The position numbers and the translations under genes were made by a program. A stretch of DNA of 64,000 nt, taken from positions 160,001-224,000 of the forward strand of contig CBDESZ010000004.1 of NCBI GenBank assembly GCA_965242725.1. Reading direction: 5' to 3'. This DNA comes from Alkalispirochaeta sp. Lineage in GTDB: Bacteria; Spirochaetota; Spirochaetia; DSM-27196; Alkalispirochaetaceae. The notes below the pieces were generated by a model, which worked only from the letters and a program-made list of their open reading frames with translations, was not told the origin of the DNA and searched no databases. This document shows, in pieces, positions 18,921 through 29,253 of this stretch; the stretch's first letter is position 1, and each line of letters starts with the position of its first letter.

Positions 18921-19038
18921 AAAGTAGCCCCTTCTCGGATAATATTTCCGAAAGAGAGTTACGGCCGGCGCACGCGCCGGCCGCAATCGATACACGTGTG
19001 AAACGTCGACGGTATCCCGCAGGGAGATACAGACTCGT

Positions 19039-20373
19039 CTACCTATTTGCCCGTTCAAACTCGCGGAGAACTTCGTTGCCCCGCCTGACGGCCGCGTTCA
19101 GGGCTTGTTGGGCCGTTTTCTGACCGTCAAAGAGTGCTTCCAGTTCTTCGTAGTTGATGGTACGAACTTCACCGTAGTTTCCAAATCGAATACCTTTCGA
19201 GTTTTCCGTGGGTACCGCCCGGGTCATTTGAAGGATTGCTGTTTCCAGAGCTGGTGTTTTTTCATAAAGCCCCTGCTCTTTTGCCAATTCATACGCCTCC
19301 TCGGTAATGGGGAGATATCCGGTAAACTCATGCCAGTCCGCCTGCACATCCGGCCGCGAGAGGTAATCAAAAAACTCCGCTACGCCTTCATATTCCCAGT
19401 CTGAATGTCCGCTCATGACCCAGAGGCTCGCACCGCCGATGATGGTGTTGCGCGGCGCACCTTCAACATCAGGCCAATAGGGAAGCATGGCGGAACCGAA
19501 CTCAAATTCGGCGCTCGCGCTGAATCCTCCGTATCCGGCAGAAGACTCGGTATACATTCCGACTTCCCCGCTGGAGAAGAGGGCATTGCCGGTATTGGTC
19601 CGACCTCCATATACAAAGATACCGTCCTCCTGCCAGTCCGCGAATGTCTGGAGGTGTCGAACGTGTAGGGAATCGTTGTAAGTAAATTCGGCATCAAAAC
19701 CTTCAAACCCATTCGCCTGGGTTCCAAACGGAACGTCATGCCAGGCCGCAAGATTTTCCAGGTGAATCCAGGAGATCCATGCTGTGGAAAACCCCTTGTA
19801 TCCAGCGTCGACGAGGGCTCGGGAATATTCCTCTACTTCCGGCCACGTTTCCGGAGGATCGTCAGGATCGAGCCCCGCCTCTCTGAACGCATCCTTATTA
19901 TACCACAGGACCGGTGTTGAACTGTTGAAGGGGAGACTCAACATTTGTCCTTCCGGGGTCGTATAGTATCCCGTAACGGCGGGAATATAGACACTCGGGT
20001 CGAAGGGTTTGTCCATCATTTCCATGATTTCATAAACCGGTACAATCGCACCTTCAGCAGCCATCATCGTGGCCGTACCGACCTCATAGACCTGCATAAT
20101 GTGAGGCGGTGTACCCGATCGAAACGCGGCAATACCACTGGTCATCGTCTCGGCGTAATTGCCTTTATAGACCGGCTCGACGATGAAACGATCCTGGCTT
20201 TCATTGAACCCTGCGGCGATGTCCGCCACTTTTTCACCGAGGCGACCGCCCATGGCGTGCCACCACTGGATGGTTATCGGCCCCTCAGGCTCAGGCATCT
20301 CCTGTTGACCTGCGCTCCACGTTGTTGCGGCGACCATTGCCGTCAGTACGAGGACTATAACAACACGTTTCAT
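19039..20373 (-). CDS. ugpB: sn-glycerol-3-phosphate ABC transporter substrate-binding protein UgpB
   Basis: [50 protein letters not shown]. Confidence 0.9.
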   Translation of the reverse strand: MKRVVIVLVLTAMVAATTWSAGQQEMPEPEGPITIQWWHAMGGRLGEKVADIAAGFNESQDRFIVEPVYKGNYAETMTSGIAAFRSGTPPHIMQVYEVGTATMMAAEGAIVPVYEIMEMMDKPFDPSVYIPAVTGYYTTPEGQMLSLPFNSSTPVLWYNKDAFREAGLDPDDPPETWPEVEEYSRALVDAGYKGFSTAWISWIHLENLAAWHDVPFGTQANGFEGFDAEFTYNDSLHVRHLQTFADWQEDGIFVYGGRTNTGNALFSSGEVGMYTESSAGYGGFSASAEFEFGSAMLPYWPDVEGAPRNTIIGGASLWVMSGHSDWEYEGVAEFFDYLSRPDVQADWHEFTGYLPITEEAYELAKEQGLYEKTPALETAILQMTRAVPTENSKGIRFGNYGEVRTINYEELEALFDGQKTAQQALNAAVRRGNEVLREFERANR

Positions 20374-20442
20374 AAGACCTCCTTGTATCACCTCACATCT
20401 TCCTTTTTGGATATACGAAATGTAAGGATGACGTATATCTAA

Positions 20443-20471
20443 ATCGTAGACCCAACCTCGTTACACGTCAA
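20443..20471 (-). promoter_or_regulatory. Sigma70-type promoter for ugpBAE
   Basis: TTGACG-17 nt-TACGAT on the minus strand. Confidence 0.55.
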
Positions 20472-20509
20472 TTTTTATGTGGCAATTGTCAGAATATTTT
20501 GGGCGATTG

Positions 20510-21391
20510 TTATGCTATGTACGACACAGGCCATGTCGATGCGATCTTCTGAAAACCGAGGGTCCTCAGGATCGGTTCGCTCATTTTTCCGGCATCCACC
20601 GTGAGGTAGCGGATTCCCCGATCCCGGGCGGCACGGGCGCGTGCCGATACCAGTGAGGTATAGAGGCCGCGACGGCGATACTCCGGGACCGTTGCACCAC
20701 CGTAGAGACCGGCAATGGGTGCGTCGCCGAAGTACAGCATCCACGCCGCACTGACCGGCTCGCCCTTGTCGATAATGACAAAGAAGTCCATCGAGTCGGG
20801 GTCTTCCGCCATTCTCGCCGTCAGTTCCCCCTCCATCGGGTGGTTGACCGCCGGTGTCGGTGTATCAAAGGAGCTTTGAAATGCGCGGTTCTGGACGGCG
20901 GTCAGGATGCGGGGCAGATCGTCGGGATCGGTCACGCGCCGCGGGGCAAGGCTGCCGCCGGGCATGCACGGCCGGTGGCGACGCGTTTGTCTTCCTCCGT
21001 CAACGACGAGCTGTTCCGGTATACGGGAAATATCAAGAAGCATAACCGCCTCTTCCGGTTCCAGAACATACCCCCCTTTTTCCAGCATGAAGCGAAGGTC
21101 CCGTGGGAGATCGTAATCGAATATTTTCCATTCCACCGAGTGGCCCATGGCGTGGAAGTATGTGCGCTCCCTCTCCCCGACCGCTTCAATTTCCTGCGGC
21201 GAAAGGTTGTCCATCTCGTTGTAGAGTATGAGGCTGTGGGTTCCCCGCCTGTTTATGTACCGTATGACCGGCGGGGCTTCTTCACGTCGGTACCCGCTTT
21301 CCGTAAGGTCCCGGCGAAGATATTGCGTGTAGAGTTGAAGGAGCCCGTCGTTCCGGGCCGTACCTTCCTGAGGAGCGTCAATCGTTTCCAT
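20510..21391 (-). CDS. GNAT family N-acetyltransferase
   Basis: GGATVPEYRRRGLY acetyl-CoA binding motif; SEPILRTLGF. Confidence 0.85.
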   Translation of the reverse strand: METIDAPQEGTARNDGLLQLYTQYLRRDLTESGYRREEAPPVIRYINRRGTHSLILYNEMDNLSPQEIEAVGERERTYFHAMGHSVEWKIFDYDLPRDLRFMLEKGGYVLEPEEAVMLLDISRIPEQLVVDGGRQTRRHRPCMPGGSLAPRRVTDPDDLPRILTAVQNRAFQSSFDTPTPAVNHPMEGELTARMAEDPDSMDFFVIIDKGEPVSAAWMLYFGDAPIAGLYGGATVPEYRRRGLYTSLVSARARAARDRGIRYLTVDAGKMSEPILRTLGFQKIASTWPVSYIA

Positions 21392-21567
21392 CGCGTGATT
21401 GTAACCTGAAACGACAAAAAAAGGTGTATGGCATAGGGACGTCGATTCAACCGGATATTTGCTGACTTTTATGATAAACTCTATCCTGAAATACAGGAAA
21501 GGAGGGCGTCCCGGCTGCCGTCAGGCGATCTATTTTTCCATTCAAATCCCGGGGAGAGAACTTTTTT

Positions 21568-21906
21568 ATGACTGAAGATGTCCCATCGGAGTTTGACACC
21601 ACTGTCCGGCCGGCACTGCGGAGGTTGCTCATCATAACCGACCTCGTATACACGGGGATACTAGGGATTGCGTGGTTTCCCGCGATATTTTCGGTCATGC
21701 TTGCCTCCGGCGGGACCTCCCTGGGGGTGTACATTCAGATTTACAGCCTCCTCACCTTTCCCTTTGTCCTGCTATTTTCGATTATCGTACCCTGGCTGTT
21801 CTACCGGCTGCGCATGCCCCGTACGACAAAGGTGCTGCTGTTTCTGCCGGTGGTGAACGCGATTCTCATTCTCTTCTTCATTTTGATACCGTCCTGGACG
21901 GCCTAG
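21568..21906 (+). CDS. Hypothetical membrane protein (about 3 TM)
   Basis: Hydrophobic 112-aa ORF filling the gap between recognised genes. Confidence 0.65.
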   Translation: MTEDVPSEFDTTVRPALRRLLIITDLVYTGILGIAWFPAIFSVMLASGGTSLGVYIQIYSLLTFPFVLLFSIIVPWLFYRLRMPRTTKVLLFLPVVNAILILFFILIPSWTA

Positions 21907-22038
21907 CTTCGGCGATGCACGCTTCGGAGAACCGGAAGGTTCGATAACACGATACTTCGACCATTTCTGCCGCCGTTGGAGGGGCGGGTTGTTCCCCCGG
22001 GGCGTTGACTTCGCCGCCGCTCACCGGCGTAATAGGGT

Positions 22039-22902
22039 ATGGCAGTTTCCGTTTCTCAGCTTGTGGTCTATCCGGTGAAGTCGATGGCAGGAGTACCTCT
22101 TTCGGAAGCGACTCTCGGACCGGAGGGATTCCGTTTTGACCGCGCCTGGATGGTAGTCGACGAGAACGACCGGTTTTTGACGCAGCGGCAGCATCCGGAA
22201 ATGGCGCTGGTCCGGGCGGTGCCTGACGATGAGGGTATCACCCTCACACTTCCCGACGGAACAGCGATGTATGTTCCCCGACTCGGGGGAGGGACTCCCG
22301 GCGCCGGGGTCACGACGGACGGGCCTGCCGATTCGGATTCTCCCGTTGTCATAACCCGTTCCGTCACCGTGTGGAACGATACGGTCCGCGCCGTAGATCA
22401 GGGCGATGAGGTCGCGCGGTGGCTGAGCCGGTTTCTGGGTCGATCGGTACGGCTCGTTGCGTTATCGGATCACCATCCCCGCCGCCTGGGACCTTCCTAT
22501 CCGTCACCGCCGGGTATTCACGTCTCCTTCGCCGACTCGTCGCCACTTCATCTTGTGGGAGAGGCATCCCTTTTCGACCTGAACAGACGTCTTTCCCGTC
22601 CGGTGACCATGGACCGATTCAGACCGAATGTTGTCGTCTCCGGGGCGGATGCGTACGAAGAAGACCGGTGGGCACGCATTCGCATCGGCGAGGTGGAACT
22701 CATCGTGGTGAAGGATTGCCTGCGCTGCCAGATGGTCAATGTCGACCAGAAGGGAGGCGTCAAAGAAATTGATCCGCTGGAAACGCTGGGAACATACCGT
22801 TCCGCACCGAAAGGCATCCGCTTTGGGCAGAAGGTTGTCCACAGCGGATACGGGACGGTCCGCGTCGGCGATACGGTAGATGTACTGGAGAGAAAAGGAT
22901 GA
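22039..22902 (+). CDS. MOSC domain protein (YcbX/mARC-like)
   Basis: YPVKS, DRAWMVV, FAD, RFRPN, CLRC motifs. Confidence 0.92.
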   Translation: MAVSVSQLVVYPVKSMAGVPLSEATLGPEGFRFDRAWMVVDENDRFLTQRQHPEMALVRAVPDDEGITLTLPDGTAMYVPRLGGGTPGAGVTTDGPADSDSPVVITRSVTVWNDTVRAVDQGDEVARWLSRFLGRSVRLVALSDHHPRRLGPSYPSPPGIHVSFADSSPLHLVGEASLFDLNRRLSRPVTMDRFRPNVVVSGADAYEEDRWARIRIGEVELIVVKDCLRCQMVNVDQKGGVKEIDPLETLGTYRSAPKGIRFGQKVVHSGYGTVRVGDTVDVLERKG

Positions 22903-23585
22903 GTGACCGATTGTCCCGGGAGGAGTGGCGGCGGGTAACCGTCGTCGGTACGGAACGGGCAAGTACCGATATGATCGCCCTGACGGTGAAACCGGAGCGG
23001 TGGATACCTCATCGTGCCGGGCAGTACTGCGATATCCGATTTCCCGGAGAGACTGTCGTTCGCGCCTTTTCAATCGTTTCGAGCCCGACCCGCTCGGACA
23101 GCCTGGTGTTTGGAATTCAGGTGCTTCCCCGGGGCCTTTTGTCACCCCGTCTCGCGAAGTTGCGATCGGGGGACATCCTCGAAATACGGGGACCTGTGGG
23201 GAAGTTTTTTACCTGGACGCCGGATTTGCCGGGAAGACTGGTGCTTATAGGGGCCGGTGCGGGGATTACGCCTCTGTTGAGCATGTATCATCTCGCCACG
23301 TCGGCTGACGGCGGTGGAGAACCCGTCTTTATTCTCAGCGCAAAGGGCCCCGAGCGGGTCTTTCAGTACGCCCGGTACGCCGCCGTATTGACGTCCCGCT
23401 TCACAGCCCGGGACGGCCGGATAGATCTCCCCTTTCTCACGGAAACCCTGGAGAAAAACCTGGCGGAAGACGAAGCCGTGCAGATACGACTCTGCGGCCC
23501 CCTCGGGTTCATCGGGCATATCGTTTCGCTCCTTGAAAAAACAGGTATACCCGATGCGGAGATTCGATCTGAGGCGTTCGTGTAA
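22899..23585 (+). CDS. FNR-like FAD/NAD(P)-binding oxidoreductase
   Basis: RAFSIVS, GLLS, GAGITP, CGP, C-terminal EAF; overlaps the MOSC stop (ATGA). Confidence 0.85.
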   Translation: MSDRLSREEWRRVTVVGTERASTDMIALTVKPERWIPHRAGQYCDIRFPGETVVRAFSIVSSPTRSDSLVFGIQVLPRGLLSPRLAKLRSGDILEIRGPVGKFFTWTPDLPGRLVLIGAGAGITPLLSMYHLATSADGGGEPVFILSAKGPERVFQYARYAAVLTSRFTARDGRIDLPFLTETLEKNLAEDEAVQIRLCGPLGFIGHIVSLLEKTGIPDAEIRSEAFV

Positions 23586-23711
23586 CGCCGATGTACTGTG
23601 TCATTCGGAAACGTTCTTATTTGTCCTTGATTTCAGGGCGAAACGGACGATACTTGAGAGAGGGGATCATTCCGTTAGGGGTCCCGGAAGAATCAGTATA
23701 AAACGTGACAA

Positions 23712-24095
23712 ATGGAAGAGCTGAATTTCGACGTCCATATTGCGAGCGGACGCAACTACATACGTGTAAACATGCATGGTACGATTACGACTCGGAATAT
23801 TGCGCCGGTACACCTGGCGATGAAGGACGCCTCCACGGATTCGGGAATCAGGAAGTTTCTCGTGGACAGCCGGGACGCCGTCAACGCCTCGCCGACGGTT
23901 GAAAACTACCGATTCACCCGTGAGCATAACACATCTGAATTTGATTTTGCCCGGGACGGCTATGTCGTATTCCTCGTCCGCCCCGATGACACAACCCACG
24001 ACACGGTCATTAAGCTCAATCCCCATTACGGGCGGAGCATTTTTCTTTCCCACGATGAAGACAGCGCGATACAGTGGTTGCTCCGGCAGGAGTGA
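23712..24095 (+). CDS. Hypothetical protein (possibly SpoIIAA/STAS-like fold)
   Basis: 127-aa ORF ending DEDSAIQWL, similar to SpoIIAA-like C-termini. Confidence 0.55.
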   Translation: MEELNFDVHIASGRNYIRVNMHGTITTRNIAPVHLAMKDASTDSGIRKFLVDSRDAVNASPTVENYRFTREHNTSEFDFARDGYVVFLVRPDDTTHDTVIKLNPHYGRSIFLSHDEDSAIQWLLRQE

Positions 24096-24248
24096 CCCAT
24101 ATTCGGTGCTCCGAAATCCCTTTACCGGGGAGTCGGATTCTTTTCTTGTTTATATGATTGATCCAGTAATAAAATAAAAATCGAAATTGCCGTTCATCGG
24201 TCGATATCCGCCGCATCGGATCGACCATAACGGAACAAGGAGGCCCAC

Positions 24249-25151
24249 ATGGGAAAGATCAGTGCCTGTATCTGGCTGAACGACGTGGCGGAAGAGGCGG
24301 CGGCCTTTTATACGACAATATTCCCGAACTCCCGCATCACTGCAACGACCCATTATTCCGAGGTCGGCCGGGAGTTTCACGGCCACTCCCCCGGATCGGT
24401 AATGTCCGTCGTCTTTGAGGTCGACGGCTTTCGGTTTACCGCTCTCAATGGAGGAGCTGTTTTTGCTCCCAATCCGTCGATTTCTTTTTTTGTCCATTGC
24501 GAAACCGTCGAAATGGTACATCAGCTCTGGGAATCACTGTCCCGGGACGGGAGCGCCCTCATGCCGCTGGACAGCTACCCGTTCAGCGAGCGGTACGGGT
24601 GGGTTCAGGATCGGTTCGGCGTGTCCTGGCAGCTCATTCTCGCGTCGACACCAGAGGAGGCGCGGAAGGCACGGATCGTTCCCAGTTTCCTTTTTGTCGG
24701 TGATATCTGCGGAAAGGCGGAGGAGGCGATGAACTACTACGCGTCGGTCTTTCCCGGCAGCCGGGTGGGAGACATCGCGCGCTATGGCGACGGTTTCGGC
24801 GTGGAACAGGCGGACTCCGTCATGTACGGCGAGTTTTTCCTCTCGGGACAGAAACTCACCGCCATGGACAGCGCCGACGACCACGCTTTTTCCTTTACCG
24901 AGGGGGTGTCCCTTATCGTCGATGCGACGACCCAGGAGGAGATCGACTCGTACTGGAACGCCCTCTCGGCGGTACCCGATGCGGAGCAGTGCGGATGGCT
25001 GAAGGACCGGTACGGCGTCTCGTGGCAGATATTTCCTGAGACGGAAATGGAGCGAATCATGAACGATGCCGACGCTGCGCGCAGGGACCGCGTCCTGGAG
25101 GCGATGTTCCGTATGAAGAAGATCGATCTTGATGCGTTGCGCAGGGGATAA
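24249..25151 (+). CDS. Tandem VOC/PhnB-like (3-demethylubiquinone methyltransferase-like) protein
   Basis: AEEAAAFY, GWVQDRFGVSWQ and CGWLKDRYGVSWQ repeats; AAGGAGG SD. Confidence 0.9.
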   Translation: MGKISACIWLNDVAEEAAAFYTTIFPNSRITATTHYSEVGREFHGHSPGSVMSVVFEVDGFRFTALNGGAVFAPNPSISFFVHCETVEMVHQLWESLSRDGSALMPLDSYPFSERYGWVQDRFGVSWQLILASTPEEARKARIVPSFLFVGDICGKAEEAMNYYASVFPGSRVGDIARYGDGFGVEQADSVMYGEFFLSGQKLTAMDSADDHAFSFTEGVSLIVDATTQEEIDSYWNALSAVPDAEQCGWLKDRYGVSWQIFPETEMERIMNDADAARRDRVLEAMFRMKKIDLDALRRG

Positions 25152-25176
25152 GACCGGATCGTTCCCGGGGAATCGG

Positions 25177-26733
25177 CTATTCCCTTTGAAGTACATACAT
25201 CCGATCCCGGGGACTTCTCGCCGTCATGGTCCATTTGACGGCGGTGACCGACGTGAGAAACGCCTCATCGTGACTCACGATGACAAGCGCGCCGGGATAC
25301 TCCTTCAGTGTTGCCTCCAGTGCGAGAACCGAAGGAAGGTCAAGGTAATTGGTGGGTTCATCCATGAAGATCGCCGACACCTGGTTCAGGACACCCAGTG
25401 CGACGAGTATTTTCCGCGCCTCCCCGGGACTGGGAGTACCGCTTTCCAGAAGGCGTTGCGGATCGCTCCCCAACTGCGTGATGATTGCATAGATACGGCC
25501 GCGGCTGTCCCGGTCCAGTCCGTCTATCCGCCCTCGTACGTCCTTCAACTCCGTCGCAGTCAGCTCCTGGGGGAGAAAAAGAACCGAACGGTTTTCCGGT
25601 ATCGAATCCCTGAGCAGATGGAGCAGTGTCGTCTTCCCCGATCCGTTCGGGCCGCTTATACCGATCCTCTCTGTTGGGGCGATCACGAGGTCCGGATAGG
25701 TGAGGGAGAATGTGTCGGAGCCGCCGGGTCGGGCCGTTCCGGCGGCGAGACGGCAGAGAGTGTCGCCCCGGAAGAGATGCGCGTCCATTCCCAAAGGACC
25801 CGGAGAGGGTACGAAGGTCGGCCTGTGTATTTCCACATTTCGTCGTTTCTTCGCCGCGGCGGCGGCGCGCGCCCGCATTGCCCGGGCAGCGTCTGAAGTC
25901 CGGCGGTCTTTTCCCGTCAGACGTGCCCCGTCGACTCTGGCGCTTGCATCGTGGTCTTTCGGGGCGATGTTCCTTTTTGAAAGTTTCCCGGCGTTCCGGG
26001 ACTCCGCATCGCTGCGGCGTTGCGCCTCTCTGTGCAGGCGCCGCTCTTCCCGTGCGGCGTCGCGCCTGAGGCGAATCGTCTCGAGGTATTCCCGTTGTTC
26101 TTCCTCCATGCCCGCGGTTATTCCACCGGGTCGCAGGGTTCCGTGGCCGGACGCAAGAAAGAGTGTGCTTCCGCACAGCCTGTCCAGAAGCGTGCGGTCG
26201 TGGCTTACGATGATGCCGATACCGTTCCACGTCGTGAGGGCGTCCGCGACAAGTCGGCGGGCATCGCTGTCGAGGTGATTGGTCGGCTCGTCCAGGGCGA
26301 GGACGTCGGGATTCTTCCACAACGCAGCGGCAATCTGGGCGCGTTTTCGTTCGCCGAAGCTGAGGGTGTCCCACCGGTAAAACCACTCATACTCAACCTT
26401 CAGCCGGCGCATGAGTTCAATCGAACTCTCGTCCCATGCATTCAGAAAATCGAAAAAATGTGCAGGTATGCGTTCCGTCTTCTGGTCGCAGTACATGCGG
26501 TCGGTGGGGCCATCTATCGACCCGGACGTGCCGTCGGAAACACCATTTCCGGGTTCTCTTTCCGGTACGGGCGGGAGGCCGCACACGAGCTTCAGGAGCG
26601 TCGTCTTGCCGCAGCCGTTCGGGCCGACGACGCCGGTCCAGCCGCTTTGAAATGCGGCGTGTAAGGCTGAAAAAACAGGTGTCAGAGCTGATGGGTAGGT
26701 GAAGGATAGATCGTGTATTTGAAGGGGCAGCAT
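25177..26733 (-). CDS. ABC-F family ATPase with extended inter-NBD linker (possible antibiotic-resistance ARE-ABCF)
   Basis: GPNGCGKTT/LSFGE/DEPTNHLD and GPNGSGKTT/SPGE/DEPTNYLD; long Arg/Ala-rich linker. Confidence 0.85.
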   Translation of the reverse strand: MLPLQIHDLSFTYPSALTPVFSALHAAFQSGWTGVVGPNGCGKTTLLKLVCGLPPVPEREPGNGVSDGTSGSIDGPTDRMYCDQKTERIPAHFFDFLNAWDESSIELMRRLKVEYEWFYRWDTLSFGERKRAQIAAALWKNPDVLALDEPTNHLDSDARRLVADALTTWNGIGIIVSHDRTLLDRLCGSTLFLASGHGTLRPGGITAGMEEEQREYLETIRLRRDAAREERRLHREAQRRSDAESRNAGKLSKRNIAPKDHDASARVDGARLTGKDRRTSDAARAMRARAAAAAKKRRNVEIHRPTFVPSPGPLGMDAHLFRGDTLCRLAAGTARPGGSDTFSLTYPDLVIAPTERIGISGPNGSGKTTLLHLLRDSIPENRSVLFLPQELTATELKDVRGRIDGLDRDSRGRIYAIITQLGSDPQRLLESGTPSPGEARKILVALGVLNQVSAIFMDEPTNYLDLPSVLALEATLKEYPGALVIVSHDEAFLTSVTAVKWTMTARSPRDRMYVLQRE

Positions 26734-26797
26734 GAAACCAACGGACCTGTGTAGTGTCCCGACCTCTCACGTGCGCCCGTCCGCGGCACAAAGCGTG

Positions 26798-26922
26798 AAA
26801 AAATAAAACGAAAGAGTGGCCGGTCCGTTCCCCCAACGGCTCAACGAGCCAGTTCAACGGTACGAATACTCAGGGGAAAGGTAGTTCTCTTTCGTTCTAT
26901 CTCTTCACGTCTCCCGCTCCTC
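26798..26922 (-). promoter_or_regulatory. Putative attenuator leader with 3-codon uORF (GTG AAG AGA TAG, 26897-26908)
   Basis: GAGGAG SD 8 nt before GTG; 10-bp inverted repeat (26807-26816/26887-26896) followed by a U-rich tract. Confidence 0.45.
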
Positions 26923-26959
26923 TTATGCACGATAAGAGTATGAAATCAGATGTATCCGG

Positions 26960-28330
26960 TCAATACGCGTGCGGTTGCGCCAACGGGACGACGCGGCGGG
27001 GATAGACCGTTCCTTCGACGCGGAGAAGCGTGTTTTTCCACGGTACGTCCAGCTCCGACGGGAGGAGGCGTTCCCGCATCATCGCGTCCATCGTCTGCTC
27101 GATATCGACGATCTCATGCTGGGGTACGCCGGCAGTTCCGTTCTCTATATGAATGAAATGTCGCGGGATCTCAGGGACCGTAAACGTGGCGTCGATACCG
27201 GAGGAAGAATTCGTGCCGAAAAAAGCCGCCTCCACGACTTCAAGATGCCGGCGAGCGCCTTCGACACCGACAAGATTCCGGGCAACCACATCCGTATCAG
27301 TGTGTCCGGCGAGTACCGCCAGGGCTCCCTTGAGTGCGGCGTCGTTGACGTACGTGCCGTCACCTTTCCGGAGTATTTTCCATGTGCCGTCGGAATGATC
27401 GCCGCCGGAGGGCGCCGCCTCAACCGTATCGGGAAAGCGCCAGCGGATGGTTTTCCTGTCGCCGTGAACCGTAATGACGGGATCTTTGATTTCCCGGCAG
27501 CTGTGGGCGGCCGTCATGAGGAGTTCCGGTCCGGATCGTCCCCGTCCTTTGCCGGGACGGGAGACGGTGCGTATGCGAACGCCCTGGAAGTCCGCCGTTT
27601 CTATGGCGTTTGTCCGGGCGTGCTCCGCCGTTACCGACGTGGCCTGAAAGCCCGCCCGAAAGGCGAGTTCAAGGATGCCATGAAGAAAATGGGCCGCCGC
27701 GTTCTGTATGGGACTGTCCAGCACGGCGCGGCCGTCCAATCGCAACCGACCGGCCCAGGGGGCACGACAGTAGTAGCTCTCGTCACGGGGCCAGCCGACG
27801 GAACAGGTGATCGCCGAGATCGTACCGGCATCGCCTGCCTCAACACGACGCAACGCTTCGGCAAATGCGTGGTTCAGGGGGTGCTGGAATCCGAACCAGA
27901 GATACCGTCTGAAGCGGCGGGCCGCTTCTTCCATCGCGGTGAGGTCATCCAGGGATCCCGCGGCGGGCTTCTCACACAGGACGTGAAAGCCCGCTTCCAT
28001 CGCGGCCATTGTCAGGGGTGCGTGGAGATGAATGGGCACGGGGAGGACCGCCAGATGCAGCTCTTCTTCCCGTTCCGCAGCGGCGACGCCACCGGAAAAG
28101 AGTGCGTCGGTGCTGTCGAAGACGTGCCAGCCCCGTTTGGAATGGTCTCTGACTGCGGTTTGGTGTCGATCTTGACCAACATATGATGGATCGACGACGA
28201 CGCCGCCGAGACGACAGGTGCCCGCTGCAGCTGCCCGTTCCGCCGCCCGCACCATTTGTGCGGCATACCCCTCCGTTCCGACGATATATACGATCGGGAC
28301 GGTATCTTCGCTTTGATCAAGGTTCTGCAA
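26960..28330 (-). CDS. Gfo/Idh/MocA family oxidoreductase
   Basis: PIHLHAP...GFHVLCEKP motif; start uncertain (TTG after GGAGG chosen). Confidence 0.8.
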   Translation of the reverse strand: MQNLDQSEDTVPIVYIVGTEGYAAQMVRAAERAAAAGTCRLGGVVVDPSYVGQDRHQTAVRDHSKRGWHVFDSTDALFSGGVAAAEREEELHLAVLPVPIHLHAPLTMAAMEAGFHVLCEKPAAGSLDDLTAMEEAARRFRRYLWFGFQHPLNHAFAEALRRVEAGDAGTISAITCSVGWPRDESYYCRAPWAGRLRLDGRAVLDSPIQNAAAHFLHGILELAFRAGFQATSVTAEHARTNAIETADFQGVRIRTVSRPGKGRGRSGPELLMTAAHSCREIKDPVITVHGDRKTIRWRFPDTVEAAPSGGDHSDGTWKILRKGDGTYVNDAALKGALAVLAGHTDTDVVARNLVGVEGARRHLEVVEAAFFGTNSSSGIDATFTVPEIPRHFIHIENGTAGVPQHEIVDIEQTMDAMMRERLLPSELDVPWKNTLLRVEGTVYPRRVVPLAQPHAY

Positions 28331-28415
28331 GTGCACATTCCTCCGCTGACGACGATCGGATCGGGGATGCAAGCATACAACTCCATCCCGGCCTGCTCAA
28401 TATATCGGGGAACGC

Positions 28416-29252
28416 CTATTTCAGTCCCGTCGTGGCGATACCCTGGACGATGTAACGCTGAAAGGTAAAAAAGACGACAAGTATCGGTACAAGCGACAGG
28501 GTTCCCATCGCAAATATCGCCGGCCAGTCCGTCGCCGTCTGGGGATCGGAAAACATGCGTAACGCAAGGGAGACCGTGAAGAGTTCCGGCCGGTTGAGGT
28601 AGAGAAGCGGCCCCAGGAAGTCGTCCCACCGCCAGTAAAAGCTGAATATGGTACTGGTAATCAAGGCGGGTTTAATGAGGGGCATGATTATGTATCCGTA
28701 GATCCGGAACTTGCCGCATCCGTCGATCTTGGCGGAGTTGTCCAGTTCTACGGGGATCTGTCGAATGAACTGCACCATGAGAAAGATGAAGAATGGAAAC
28801 CCGCCGAACATTGGTACAATCAGCGGAAGAAATGTGTTTATCCATCCCAGTTTATGGAAGATTATGTACTGGGGAACCATAAGTACCTGAAAGGGAATGA
28901 GCATCGTTGCGATCATGCAACCGTACCAGAAGCTCCGTCCCGGAAACTTGACGCGGGCAAATCCAAATCCGATGAACGACGACGAGAGTACGGCGGCGGC
29001 CGTGCCGATTCCGGCGTAATACAGGGAGTTTCCAAAGAAGGTGGTAAAGGTGACCCGTCCTGTGTAGCGCCATCCCCGTATGTAGTTGTCAAGGTTGAAC
29101 ACCTCCGGAAGCAGGGATGCGGAACCGAAAATCTCGGAGCTCGTCTTGAAAGACCCTGCGACCATCCAGAAAACGGGATAAAGCAATACAAATCCAAAGG
29201 CTGCGACAAAAAGATGATAGATGATCTTCATATGAATGGGGGAACGACGCAT
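28416..29252 (-). CDS. Carbohydrate ABC transporter permease
   Basis: EAA-like loop ELDNSAKIDG; WDDFLGPLLYL. Confidence 0.92.
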   Translation of the reverse strand: MRRSPIHMKIIYHLFVAAFGFVLLYPVFWMVAGSFKTSSEIFGSASLLPEVFNLDNYIRGWRYTGRVTFTTFFGNSLYYAGIGTAAAVLSSSFIGFGFARVKFPGRSFWYGCMIATMLIPFQVLMVPQYIIFHKLGWINTFLPLIVPMFGGFPFFIFLMVQFIRQIPVELDNSAKIDGCGKFRIYGYIIMPLIKPALITSTIFSFYWRWDDFLGPLLYLNRPELFTVSLALRMFSDPQTATDWPAIFAMGTLSLVPILVVFFTFQRYIVQGIATTGLK

Positions 29253-29253
29253 T

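Noticed and set aside
20466..20495. Possible Pho box upstream of ugpB
   Set aside because: The TGAC-like units do not show the 11-nt direct-repeat periodicity.
21420..21560. Possible small RNA in the divergent GNAT/membrane-protein intergenic region
   Set aside because: Only short hairpins, with no terminator or known family features; insufficient support.
24167..24197. Possible sigma28 promoter (TAAA-N15-GCCGTTCA)
   Set aside because: Weak match inside an A-rich tract, and the downstream VOC gene is not a motility gene.
26969..28186. 405-aa plus-strand ORF (and similar long antisense ORFs such as 10641-11819, 30169-31635, 41468-42775, 49131-50393)
   Set aside because: These are shadow frames antisense to well-supported genes in GC-rich DNA and carry no recognisable motifs.
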